Source: an uncultured Verrucomicrobiae bacterium (GTDB taxonomy: Bacteria > Verrucomicrobiota > Verrucomicrobiia > Opitutales > JABDGR01). From it: a stretch of DNA of 64,000 nt. Shown piece after piece: positions 34,297-43,604 of the stretch. The stretch is taken from contig CAVXVB010000002.1 in NCBI GenBank assembly GCA_963765205.1, positions 57,364 to 121,363 of the forward strand, read 5' to 3'. The position numbers and the translations under genes are program-made. The notes under the pieces were generated by a model. That model was not told where the DNA came from and did not search any database. It saw only the letters and a program-made list of their open reading frames with translations. Numbering within the stretch: the stretch's first letter is position 1; every line of letters begins with the position of its first letter.

Positions 34297-36150
34297 ATGA
34301 GCACCCCCGAACGGCACGCCTTCCAGGCCGAGGTGCGCCAGCTCCTCGACATCGTCGTCCACGCCCTCTACACCGACCGCGAGATTTTCCTGCGCGAGCT
34401 GGTTTCAAACGCCTCCGACGCGCTGGAAAAACTGCGCCACCTTCAGCTCGCCGGCGAAAAGCCCTTTGACGAGCATCTGCCGCTCGAAATCAACCTCACG
34501 ACCGACGACACTGCGGGCGTCATCACCCTCCAGGACTTCGGCGTCGGCATGACGCGCGAGGAGCTGATCGAAAACCTGGGCACCATCGCGCACTCTGGCT
34601 CGAAGAAGTTTTTGGAGGCGCTCAAGGAAAAAGGCGGCGGCGCGGAGAACCTCATCGGCCAGTTCGGCGTCGGTTTTTACAGCGCCTTCATGGTCGCGCA
34701 GGAGGTCAAGGTCTTCGCGCGCTCGTGGCAGCCCGACGCCGCCGGCGTGGTCTGGACCAGCGACGGCTCCGGCGAATACGCCCTCGAACCCGCCGAGGGC
34801 CAGCGCCGCGGCTGCAAAATCGTCCTGCACCTCAAGCCCGACGCGCGCGAGTTCGCCAAAGCCGACCGTGTGCGCGCGATTTTGGAGCGCTATTCGAATT
34901 TCGTCGCCTTCCCGGTCAACCTCAACGGCGAGCGCGTGAACAAAGTTGAGGCGCTGTGGCTGAAGCAAAAAAAAGACATCACGCCCGAACAATACAAGGA
35001 GTTTTACCGTTTTCAGGCTCACCTGCCCGACGAGCCGCTCGCCTGGCTGCATTTTTCCGCCGACGCCCCGCTCGCGCTCAACGCGCTCCTGTTCGTGCCC
35101 GGCCTGAACCCGGAAAAATTCGGCTTTGGCCGCACCCCGCCCGGCGTCGCGCTCTATTGCCGCAAAGTTTTGATTGACCCCGCGCCGAAGGAACTGCTGC
35201 CGGAATGGTTGCGCTTCATCCGCGGTGTGGTGGACAGCGCCGACCTGCCGCTCAACATCTCGCGCGAAACGATGCAGAACAGCGCGCTGATGCAAAAACT
35301 CAACCGCGTGCTCACGAAGCGATTTTTGAAATTCCTCGATGAACTCGCCGGCAAGGACGCCGCCGCCTACGAAAAAATTTACCACGCGTTCAACCACTAT
35401 TTCAAGGAAGGCATCGCCGCCGACTTCGAGCACCGCGCCGCGCTCGCGGGGTTGCTGCGCTTCGAGTCCAGCGCGCAGGCTGCCGGCCAGCTCACGGGTT
35501 TCGCCGATTACGTGGCGCGCCAGTCCTCCGGGCAGAAGGAAATTTATTTTCTCCAGGCCCATGACCGCGCCGCCGCCGAAAGCGGCCCCTACCTCGAAGC
35601 CTTCAAGGCCCGCGGCCTCGAAGTCCTGCTCTGCTTCGAGCCGATTGATGATTTTGTCATGTCGCAACTGGGCGCGTTTCAGGACAAACCCCTTGTCGCC
35701 GCCGACCAGGCCGACTTGAAACTGGCCGATTTGCCGGCGCCCGCCGGCGCGGAACCGCTCTCTCCCGAGGCGCTCGCCGGCTTGTGCGCCTGGCTCAAGG
35801 AAATCCTCCGCGAACAAAACGTCGTTTCGGTCGAGGGCGGCTCGCGCCTGGTGGACAGCCCGGCCATCGCGCTTAATGCCGACGCAGCGGTCAGCTCGAA
35901 CATGCGTCGCATCCTGCGTGCAATGAAAAACGACGAACTGGCCGCGCCGCCGTCGGTCATCCTCCAGGTCAACCCCCGCCATCCGCTCGTGAAAAACCTC
36001 GACACGCTGCGCGGGAAAGACGTGGACCTCGCCCGCCTCGTCGGCGAACAACTTTATGACAATGCGCTGCTGGCCGGCGGCCTGCTGGAAGATTCGCGCC
36101 GGCTCGTGCAACGCTCCTACACGCTCCTCGAACGCGTCTCCCAAAACTGA
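34297..36150 (+). CDS. htpG: Molecular chaperone HtpG (Hsp90)
   Basis: FQAEVRQLLDIVVHALYTDREIFLRELVSNASDALEKLR...GQFGVGFYSAFMVA. Confidence 0.95.
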   Translation: MSTPERHAFQAEVRQLLDIVVHALYTDREIFLRELVSNASDALEKLRHLQLAGEKPFDEHLPLEINLTTDDTAGVITLQDFGVGMTREELIENLGTIAHSGSKKFLEALKEKGGGAENLIGQFGVGFYSAFMVAQEVKVFARSWQPDAAGVVWTSDGSGEYALEPAEGQRRGCKIVLHLKPDAREFAKADRVRAILERYSNFVAFPVNLNGERVNKVEALWLKQKKDITPEQYKEFYRFQAHLPDEPLAWLHFSADAPLALNALLFVPGLNPEKFGFGRTPPGVALYCRKVLIDPAPKELLPEWLRFIRGVVDSADLPLNISRETMQNSALMQKLNRVLTKRFLKFLDELAGKDAAAYEKIYHAFNHYFKEGIAADFEHRAALAGLLRFESSAQAAGQLTGFADYVARQSSGQKEIYFLQAHDRAAAESGPYLEAFKARGLEVLLCFEPIDDFVMSQLGAFQDKPLVAADQADLKLADLPAPAGAEPLSPEALAGLCAWLKEILREQNVVSVEGGSRLVDSPAIALNADAAVSSNMRRILRAMKNDELAAPPSVILQVNPRHPLVKNLDTLRGKDVDLARLVGEQLYDNALLAGGLLEDSRRLVQRSYTLLERVSQN

Positions 36151-36260
36151 ACCCGCCCACTTCCAGCCGCCTGCTCCTCGCGCGTCCGGGCTATACGCGG
36201 TTCCTCGCCCGCGAAGCGGCCGAAGGCGGCCCGCCGCCCCTCGCGCAAGGGCCGACCTGG

Positions 36261-37160
36261 GTGCTGGCCGCGCCCGGCCCCGGCGACTTGTGTTTCGCCT
36301 ATGCCTCGTTCACCGACCCGCACGAAATTTCCGCGACCTCGGTGAACGGCGCGGCCAAGGCCATCTTGAATTATTTTTTGGAATCCTGCCGCGGCGAACA
36401 ATTCACCCAACCCTGGCCGCTCCAGTTTCGCGCGGATGAAACCGTGGTCGGACTCAGCCGCCGTGCCATCGCCGTCGAGAAAACCTTCAAGCTCGAGCTG
36501 ACGAAACGCCTGGCGCGTGTCGCGAAGCTCGCACAGCCGCGGGCGGAAGATACTTTGGGTGCGCAGCGCGGCCTCTTTGCCTATTGGCGGGATTTCACCC
36601 ATTGCTGGGTCGCGCGCGACGCCGTGCCCGGCGGCCAGCGCCGCATGGCCGACGACCCCGCCGCGCCGTCGCGCTCATATTTGAAATTGGAGGAAGCCTA
36701 CGGCCTGCTTGGCCGCGAACCGCAACCTGGCGAAACCGTGGTGGACCTCGGCGCGGCGCCCGGCGGCTGGAGTTTCAGCGCCGCCAAGCACGGCGCGAGC
36801 GTGCTCGCCCTCGACAACGGCCCGCTCAAAGGCGGCGCGCTCGGCCATCCGCTCATTCGCCACGAACAAGTGGACGCCTTTCGCTTCGCTCCGCCGCCGG
36901 GCCAGACTTTTGACTGGCTGCTTTGCGATGTCGTGGACGATCCGGACAAAGTACTCGCCTTGCTCGAACGCTGGGTGGCGCAACGCGCCTGCCGCCGCTT
37001 CGTTGTCAATTTGAAATTTGGCCGCACCGACCCGCTGCCGTTGCTGCACAAGACGGTGGGGCCGGCATCGTCGTTAGCGCGGGCTTGCGTCTCGCTGCGC
37101 GCGCGGCATCTTTTCCATGACCGCGAGGAATTCACCCTCGTCGGAGAATTGCGCGCCTAA
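36261..37160 (+). CDS. rlmM: 23S rRNA (cytidine2498-2'-O)-methyltransferase RlmM; true start probably upstream
   Basis: SRSYLKLEEAYGLL...VDLGAAPGGWS motifs. The homologous N-terminus (LLLARPGYTRFLAREAAE) continues in frame upstream of the first canonical start. Confidence 0.8.
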   Translation: MLAAPGPGDLCFAYASFTDPHEISATSVNGAAKAILNYFLESCRGEQFTQPWPLQFRADETVVGLSRRAIAVEKTFKLELTKRLARVAKLAQPRAEDTLGAQRGLFAYWRDFTHCWVARDAVPGGQRRMADDPAAPSRSYLKLEEAYGLLGREPQPGETVVDLGAAPGGWSFSAAKHGASVLALDNGPLKGGALGHPLIRHEQVDAFRFAPPPGQTFDWLLCDVVDDPDKVLALLERWVAQRACRRFVVNLKFGRTDPLPLLHKTVGPASSLARACVSLRARHLFHDREEFTLVGELRA

Positions 37161-37163
37161 ATC

Positions 37164-37976
37164 ATGCCCGCCCCCGCCGCCAAGCCCGCGATGCGCCCCG
37201 TGACCGTGTGCGGCTTCAAAGCCGTGGCCGCGGCTTTTGCGCGCCGGCCCAAATGCATCCAGCGCCTTTTTTTTGACGCCGCCACCGCGCCGAAGACCGG
37301 CGAATTCTGCTCCTGGCTCGCCTCGGAACGCCGCATCTACCGCCAGGTGCCTGCGGAGGAATTGGAGCGCATCGCCGGCACCATCCACCACGGCGGCATC
37401 GTCGCCGCGACCGAGCGGCCGCTGCTGCGCGCGCCGCGTTTCGGCGAATTTGCGGAATGGCAGCGCGCGGGCGAGCCGGTGCTCATCCTCGACCGCATTG
37501 GCAACCCGCACAACCTCGGCGCCATCGCGCGCTCCGCCGCGTTTTTTGGCGTACCGCGCATGATGATCGCGCGCCACCCGCAGCAAGCCCAGCCCAACGA
37601 CGCCGCGTATCGTGTCGCCGAGGGCGGCCTGGAACATGTGCAAATTTTCGAAGTCGCTTCGCTGCCGTTGATTGTCAAACAACTGCGCGAGCGCTTTCTG
37701 ATCGTCGGCGCGGCCGTGCGCGGCGGCAAAAGCCTCGACACCGCGCGCCCTCCGCGCGCCCCCGGCCGGCCCGTCGTGCTCATGCTCGGTAATGAAGAAA
37801 CCGGCCTCGACCCCAAACTGCAAAGCCTGTGCGAACTGTTTGTGCGCATCCCCGGCGGCGGTGCGGTCGAGTCTCTCAATGTCAGCGCCGCTGCGGCGAT
37901 TTTGCTGCACTGGATGATGATTGGCACCCACGACAAAAAAACCGTGCCGCCGGGCCAACCGCCGCTGACGCGTTAA
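37164..37976 (+). CDS. TrmH/SpoU-family RNA 2'-O-methyltransferase
   Basis: LILDRIGNPHNLGAIARSAAFFG, LMLGNEETGL and ESLNVSAAAAILLH. Confidence 0.8.
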   Translation: MPAPAAKPAMRPVTVCGFKAVAAAFARRPKCIQRLFFDAATAPKTGEFCSWLASERRIYRQVPAEELERIAGTIHHGGIVAATERPLLRAPRFGEFAEWQRAGEPVLILDRIGNPHNLGAIARSAAFFGVPRMMIARHPQQAQPNDAAYRVAEGGLEHVQIFEVASLPLIVKQLRERFLIVGAAVRGGKSLDTARPPRAPGRPVVLMLGNEETGLDPKLQSLCELFVRIPGGGAVESLNVSAAAAILLHWMMIGTHDKKTVPPGQPPLTR

Positions 37977-37993
37977 CTTTCCTAAATTTTTCC

Positions 37994-39955
37994 ATGTCAC
38001 TGCCGCTTTCCTATAACGCCGCCGAACTGGGCCAGGCCGACCGCCTGCACGGTTGTGAATGGCTGGAGACAAACGGCCTCGGCGGGTGGGCCGGCAGCAC
38101 TATTTCCGGCGCGCACACCCGCCGCTACCACGGCCTGCTCGTCGCCGCGCTCCATCCGCCGGGCGGGCGCATGGCGCTGCTATCGAAGCTGGAGGAGAAC
38201 CTGCTCTGCGCCGGCGCAAGTTACGACCTCGGCTGCAATCAATATCCCGGCGCGATCGCGCCCTGCGGGTTTCAATACATTGAAAATTTTTCCCTCCTGC
38301 CTTTCCCCACCTGGCGTTACCACGCTGGACCGCTGGTGCTCGAAAAGCAAATCGGCGCGATCCACGGCGAGAACACGACGGTCATTCAATACAAGCTGCT
38401 CGAAGCGCCCGGCCCGGTTCAGTTGCTGCTGCGCCCGCTCGTCTCGGTGCGGGATTACCATAGCCTCCAGCACGCCAATAACAACATCTTGCGCGATGCG
38501 CCTTTCGCCGGCGGCATTTTGACTTTACACGCCTATGACGGCACGCCGCCGTTTTATATCCACGCGCCCGGCGCTTCCTTCGATTACGCGCCCTATTGGT
38601 ATTACCACTTTCAATACCGCGAAGAGCAGGCCCGTGGCCTCGATTTCGACGAAGACCTGTTTAGCCACGGCGTGCTGCGCGTGACGCTCGCGCCCGGCCA
38701 GAGCCTCGGCGTCATCGTCTCGCTCGACTTGCCAACCGGGCGCGAGGGGGCAGCGCTGCTCGCCGCCGAGGCTGCCCGGCGCGAGGCCGTGGTCGCCGCC
38801 GCGGGTTTCACTGGCGAAGTCGAACGCCAACTCGTGCTCGCCGCCGACCAATTCATTGTTCGCCGCGGCGCCAATTTGCATACGATTATCGCGGGCTACC
38901 ATTGGTTTGGCGATTGGGGGCGCGACACGATGATCGCGCTGCCCGGCCTGTGCCTCGCCACCAAGCGCTTCGCCGAGGCGCGCGAAATTCTCCGTGCCTT
39001 CGCCCAGGCGGAGAGCGAAGGGATGCTGCCCAACAATTTCCCCGACGATGGCGGGCCGCCCGCCTACAACACCGCCGACGCCGCGCTCTGGTTTTTCGTC
39101 GCCGTGCGCGCCTACCTGCTCGCCACCGGCGACGAAAAATTTGTGCGCGCGGAGATTCTGCCCGTGCTCGAAGACATCCTCGCCTGGCACGACAAGGGCA
39201 CGCGCCACCACATCCATTGCGGCGACGACGGCCTGCTCTTTGCCGGCGAGCCGGGCGTGCAGCTCACCTGGATGGATGCCAAAGTCGGCGACTGGGTCGT
39301 GACGCCGCGCATCGGCCAGCCCGTCGAAATCAACGCCCTCTGGTATAACGCGCTGGTGATTCTTGCCGAGTTGCGCGAGCGCTTTGCCCAGTCCGGCGCG
39401 GACGACCTCGCCGCGCGCGCCCTGGCCGTGAAGGACCGTTTCGTCGAAACTTTTTGGAACAGCAAGGCCGGGTATCTTTACGATGTGGTCAACGGCGTGG
39501 ACCGGGATCCGTCGTTGCGCCCGAATCAATTGTTCGCGTTGAGCCTCCCGCACGAACTGCTGCCGCCCAGCCAGGCCCTGCGCGTGCTCAAGGCCGTCGA
39601 GCAAAAGCTCCTCACGCCCGTCGGCCTGCGCTCGCTCGCGCCCGGTTCGCCCGGCTACCGTCCGCGCTACGAAGGGAATGTTCATCAACGTGATGGCGCG
39701 TATCACCAAGGCACCGTCTGGGGCTGGCTGCTCGGCCCGTATATCACCGCGCTCGTGCGCCTGCGCGGCGCTTCCGGTGTCGAACGCGCCCGCGCGCTGG
39801 TGGACAACCTCCGCGCGCGCCTCGGCGAAGCCGGCCTCGGCACGCTCTCTGAAATCTACGATGGCGACCTGCCCAACACCCCGCGCGGCTGCATCGCCCA
39901 GGCCTGGAGCGTCGGCGAAATTTTGCGCGTCTGCCGCGAGGACTTGAGCGAGTAA
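37994..39955 (+). CDS. Glycogen debranching enzyme (amylo-alpha-1,6-glucosidase family)
   Basis: ATG 37994. TRRYHGLLVAA, YHWFGDWGRDTMIALPGL, QLTWMDAKVGD, EINALWYNAL and YHQGTVWGWLLGPY. Confidence 0.8.
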   Translation: MSLPLSYNAAELGQADRLHGCEWLETNGLGGWAGSTISGAHTRRYHGLLVAALHPPGGRMALLSKLEENLLCAGASYDLGCNQYPGAIAPCGFQYIENFSLLPFPTWRYHAGPLVLEKQIGAIHGENTTVIQYKLLEAPGPVQLLLRPLVSVRDYHSLQHANNNILRDAPFAGGILTLHAYDGTPPFYIHAPGASFDYAPYWYYHFQYREEQARGLDFDEDLFSHGVLRVTLAPGQSLGVIVSLDLPTGREGAALLAAEAARREAVVAAAGFTGEVERQLVLAADQFIVRRGANLHTIIAGYHWFGDWGRDTMIALPGLCLATKRFAEAREILRAFAQAESEGMLPNNFPDDGGPPAYNTADAALWFFVAVRAYLLATGDEKFVRAEILPVLEDILAWHDKGTRHHIHCGDDGLLFAGEPGVQLTWMDAKVGDWVVTPRIGQPVEINALWYNALVILAELRERFAQSGADDLAARALAVKDRFVETFWNSKAGYLYDVVNGVDRDPSLRPNQLFALSLPHELLPPSQALRVLKAVEQKLLTPVGLRSLAPGSPGYRPRYEGNVHQRDGAYHQGTVWGWLLGPYITALVRLRGASGVERARALVDNLRARLGEAGLGTLSEIYDGDLPNTPRGCIAQAWSVGEILRVCREDLSE

Positions 39956-39958
39956 CCG

Positions 39959-40960
39959 CTATTTGGCCGCCGTGCGCACCTGCTCGCGCATGGCTGCCTT
40001 TAGTTCGTCCAGGCCCTCGCCGCTCAGGCAGGAGATTTTGAAAACCGCCACTTTTTTGAATTTCTTTTTGAAGCGTTTCAAGTTGTCCGCCGCGGCAGGC
40101 TCGTCCATTTTATTGGCGGCGACCATGACGGGCTTTTTTAACAGTTCGGGGCTGTAGTTTTCCAATTCGTCGAGCAGGTGCTTGTAATCTTCGAGCGGGT
40201 CGCGCGCGTCGGTGCCGGCCATGTCGAGCATGATGAGCAGCAGGCGGCAGCGTTCGACGTGGCGCAAGAATTCGTGGCCCAGACCGCGGTTTTCGCTCGC
40301 GCCTTCCACCAGCCCGGGGATGTCCGCCATCGAAATGCGCTCATACAGCTCGGGATATTCGATGATGCCGACGTTCGCGTGCAGCGTGGTGAAGGGGTAG
40401 GGCGCCATTTTTGGGTGCGCCTTGGTGAGGCAATTCGTCAGCGACGATTTGCCCGCGTTTGGGTAGCCGACCAGGCCCACGTCCGCGATGGTCTTGAGCA
40501 CGAGGCGGAAATAGCCCTCCTCGCCGGGGATGCCGGGGGTGGTTTGCCGCGGCGTGCGGTTGGTCGAGCTTTTGAAATGCAAGTTGCCCAGCCCGCCCTT
40601 GCCGCCGTGCAAGAGCACGACGCGCTGCTGGTTCTGCGTCAATTCCGTCACCACGCGGTCCGTCGCCGTGTCGAAGACGATGGTGCCCAACGGCACGCGC
40701 ACTTCCAAATCCGCACCGGCATGGCCAAAGCAATCGCGGCCCGTGCCGTCATCGCCGTTGCGCGCACGCAGGTTCGGGCTGTAGCGGAATTGGGCCAGGT
40801 CGCCAACGTTTTCGTCGCCGATGAGCACCACGTCGCCACCCTTGCCGCCGTCGCCGCCGTCCGGCCCGCCGAAGGGGACAAATTTTTCGCGGCGAAAGCC
40901 CGCGCAGCCATTCCCGCCGCGCCCCGCGCTGAAGTTTACTTCTGCTTCGTCAACAAACAT
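39959..40960 (-). CDS. obg: GTPase Obg/CgtA
   Basis: MFVDEAEVNFSAGRGGNGCAGFRREKFVPFGGPDGGDGGKGGDV. G motifs GYPNAGKSS and DIPG. Confidence 0.95.
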   Translation of the reverse strand: MFVDEAEVNFSAGRGGNGCAGFRREKFVPFGGPDGGDGGKGGDVVLIGDENVGDLAQFRYSPNLRARNGDDGTGRDCFGHAGADLEVRVPLGTIVFDTATDRVVTELTQNQQRVVLLHGGKGGLGNLHFKSSTNRTPRQTTPGIPGEEGYFRLVLKTIADVGLVGYPNAGKSSLTNCLTKAHPKMAPYPFTTLHANVGIIEYPELYERISMADIPGLVEGASENRGLGHEFLRHVERCRLLLIMLDMAGTDARDPLEDYKHLLDELENYSPELLKKPVMVAANKMDEPAAADNLKRFKKKFKKVAVFKISCLSGEGLDELKAAMREQVRTAAK

Positions 40961-41030
40961 AAGGCAGCATGGACGGGGTTTGCGCGGCACGCAAGGCCGG
41001 ACGCGTGCGACCTGAAATATTCGGCGCAGC

Positions 41031-41555
41031 TTATTTCGTCGCGGGGGTTGGCGCTGGCGCAGCCAGTTGCATCATGGTGGCGTCTAGCCAAGCTGAAACA
41101 ATCTTGAACTGCTCAGGCGTCATGCGGGCGTCGGGATGCAGGCGCACATAACTTGGCAGCGGCATCCGGCCATCAAGGATGTCGGTTTCCATGTCACCCA
41201 GGATTTTGCGTTTGTATTGCACGACGGTTAGCGTCGTACCGCCGCTGAATTCCTTCTGTGTGTGTGGTGGCGGTGCGAGGTCGGCCCATTGCGACAAATT
41301 CAATTTCCTTCGCCCGTCCTGCACATGATTCGCAATCCACCACGACACCGGTGCGACGTAGACATACCATGGCCAGCGCGTCTCATCGGAATGGCAGTCG
41401 TAGCAGGAGGCGCGCAGAATCGCCTCGACGTCCGGCGGAGGCTGCAATTTTTTCGCGGGGTCCACCGGCGGATTGGCGCGGTTCACCGGCATGAATTGCA
41501 GGCCGCAAAAAACCGCCAGCAGCGAAAGGACCACGCGCTTGAGCCATTTTTTCAT
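41031..41555 (-). CDS. Heme-binding (Haem_bd) domain protein
   Basis: CYDCHSDETRWPWYVYVAPVSWWIANHVQDGRRKLNLSQW. Confidence 0.7.
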   Translation of the reverse strand: MKKWLKRVVLSLLAVFCGLQFMPVNRANPPVDPAKKLQPPPDVEAILRASCYDCHSDETRWPWYVYVAPVSWWIANHVQDGRRKLNLSQWADLAPPPHTQKEFSGGTTLTVVQYKRKILGDMETDILDGRMPLPSYVRLHPDARMTPEQFKIVSAWLDATMMQLAAPAPTPATK

Positions 41556-41583
41556 CGAGCCGAAAATCGGGATCGCGGTTCCA

Positions 41584-41973
41584 TTAAGTCAACATCGGCG
41601 CGGCGCGCTTGATGAGTTGCAGGGCGACGTGCCACGGGTCGCGCAGCATGACGAGTTGGTCGCCGACGGGCGTCATCACCAGGTCATCCGCCACGCGCGC
41701 CCCGGCGGCGACGAGGCGGTCGCGGTCGGCGGTGGGGTTGTCGGACAAAAACGCCAGATGCAACAGCAACGGGTCCAACGCGGCGTAATCGGGCACGGCG
41801 ACGCGCGGGTTGCGATAAAGCTCAATCATCACCGCGCCTGCACTGTCCTTGAGAAACCGCATGTGCGCCGGTTCGCCACCCGCCCGTGCCAGCGAGCAGC
41901 CAAGGTGCTTGATATACCAATCCGCCATCGCTACCGGGTCGGCGACTTGAATTGCGAAATGCTCAATTTTCAT
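41584..41973 (-). CDS. VOC/glyoxalase-family protein
   Basis: MKIEHFAIQVADPVAMADWY...HLAF pattern. ATG at 41973. Confidence 0.65.
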   Translation of the reverse strand: MKIEHFAIQVADPVAMADWYIKHLGCSLARAGGEPAHMRFLKDSAGAVMIELYRNPRVAVPDYAALDPLLLHLAFLSDNPTADRDRLVAAGARVADDLVMTPVGDQLVMLRDPWHVALQLIKRAAPMLT

Positions 41974-41984
41974 GGGGGGAATTT

Positions 41985-42731
41985 TCAACCCCGGCCCACC
42001 AAAGGCATCTTGGTGGCCATGATGGTGGTGAAGGGAATGTTGGCCTCAAGCGGCAAACTGGCCAGGTGGAGGACGGTGCTCACGACGTGCCGCGCATCCA
42101 TCATCGGCTCGGCGAGAATCGAGCCGTCGGCCTGCTTGACGCCCCGGCCTTGTTTGGCGGAAAGGTCGGTCAAGGCGTTGCCAATGTCAATCTGCGCGCA
42201 GGCGATGTCGTATTGGCGCCCGTCGAGGGATAGGCATTTGGTCAGCCCGGTGAGGCCGCACTTGCTTGCCGTGTAAGGGGCGTAATCGGGCCGCGGCGCC
42301 TGGGCGGAAACGGAGCCGTTGTTGATGATCCGCCCGCCGCGCGGATCCTGGTCTTTCATCAGCCGGAAGGCCTCCTGCGCGCTCAGAAAGGCACCCGTGA
42401 GGTTGGTGTTGATCGTGTCCGTCCATTGCGCGTAGGTCAGGTTTTCAAACGGAATGTAGGCGGCGGGGTTGATGCCGGCGTTGTTGAACAGCAGATCGAG
42501 GCGGCTGAAAACCGCTTTTGTCCGCGCGAAGAGGGCGCGCACGGAGTCCGGCTGCGTCACGTCAGTGGGCACGGCCAGCGCGCGGGCGCCGGCACCCGAT
42601 TCAGCGGCGGCCTGCTCGAGCAACGAGGCGCGCCGCCCGGCCAGCGCCACGCCGTAGCCCTCCCGCAACAAGGCGAGCGCGACGGCCCGCCCGATGCCGC
42701 TGCCCGCTCCTGTAACGATGGCGATTTTCAT
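41985..42731 (-). CDS. SDR-family oxidoreductase
   Basis: [25 protein letters not shown] and [11 protein letters not shown]. Confidence 0.85.
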   Translation of the reverse strand: MKIAIVTGAGSGIGRAVALALLREGYGVALAGRRASLLEQAAAESGAGARALAVPTDVTQPDSVRALFARTKAVFSRLDLLFNNAGINPAAYIPFENLTYAQWTDTINTNLTGAFLSAQEAFRLMKDQDPRGGRIINNGSVSAQAPRPDYAPYTASKCGLTGLTKCLSLDGRQYDIACAQIDIGNALTDLSAKQGRGVKQADGSILAEPMMDARHVVSTVLHLASLPLEANIPFTTIMATKMPLVGRG

Positions 42732-42803
42732 GGGTAAAGTAAAACTCCTCCGCAGTTCGCCACAAAGGCGCAAAGAACGCAAAGGGAATTAGAATATGTG
42801 TTC

Positions 42804-43604
42804 TTACTGAGGTTTTGTATTAATATCAGCACCCGGCCAATCGCCGCGGAGCCAGTCGGCGAGGAGGCCGAGGTCGTGCGCGCTGAGGCGGCCGGAGGCG
42901 CCGAAGGCGGGCATGCGGTCGTTGTCCTTGCCGTAAAAGCGCGGGTCGGCGGGGTTGGTGAGGAAGGCGACGAGCCAGTCGTGCGAGCCGTAGCCGGTCA
43001 AATCGGGCGCAGTCGCATTGGGGTCGGGTTGGTGGAATTGGTGGCAGTCCATACAGGAAATTTCGGCGTTGAGCAAAGGGCGGCCGATGGCGATAGTCGC
43101 CGCGTCCGCCTGGTCGGCAGCCTTCTGTGCGGGTAGATGCGCTTCGGCGGAAACCGCCATGATGACTTTGTCGAGCTGCGCCTTTTGGCCAGCCGGCAAA
43201 TCCGTGAGATGGTCATGCACGAATCCCACCATGTCGGCGTCCTTGAATTTCGTGCCGCCGAAATAATGCAGACTGGCGACCGTCGCCGGGTTCAGCAGCC
43301 CGCGGAGCCACGCGCGGCTGGCGAAGCCTTTCAAGTCGCTGGCGGTTTCCTTGGTATCATCGAGCTTATTGCCCAGACCATCTGTGCCACCGTAGCGGTG
43401 GCAACTCGCGCAATTCTGGGCGAACAACTTCGGCCCCTGGGTGAAGGGATCGTCCGCCAGCAGCGCGAGCGCGCCCTCAGGTGGAATGCCGCCGTTGTTT
43501 TGCGTGAGAAATTGCACCCGCGCAGCCGCCTGGTCGGCCTGCTCGACGGCGACCTGGTAACGCTCGCTGTGCGCGTCTTCGTTCACGGCCAGCCAGGTCA
43601 ACAT
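42804..43604 (-). CDS. Diheme c-type cytochrome domain of the bc-type complex (probably continuous with cytochrome b via a frameshift)
   Basis: CASCH and CMDCH heme sites. The in-frame upstream codons (to 43682) encode a TM helix (RFNVGLICSLLAGAGMLTWLAV) but contain no start codon. Confidence 0.7.
   Translation of the reverse strand: MLTWLAVNEDAHSERYQVAVEQADQAAARVQFLTQNNGGIPPEGALALLADDPFTQGPKLFAQNCASCHRYGGTDGLGNKLDDTKETASDLKGFASRAWLRGLLNPATVASLHYFGGTKFKDADMVGFVHDHLTDLPAGQKAQLDKVIMAVSAEAHLPAQKAADQADAATIAIGRPLLNAEISCMDCHQFHQPDPNATAPDLTGYGSHDWLVAFLTNPADPRFYGKDNDRMPAFGASGRLSAHDLGLLADWLRGDWPGADINTKPQ

Noticed and set aside
34405-36144. 579-aa ORF antisense to htpG. Similar long antisense or out-of-frame ORFs occur at 53449-54849, 50891-52189, 38525-39709, 3989-5029, 11037-12332, 14659-15609, 40178-41107 and 55985-56890.
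   Set aside because: They are typical high-GC shadow ORFs. Their translations are Arg/Ala/Gly-rich with no motifs, and each lies opposite a gene with clear family signatures.
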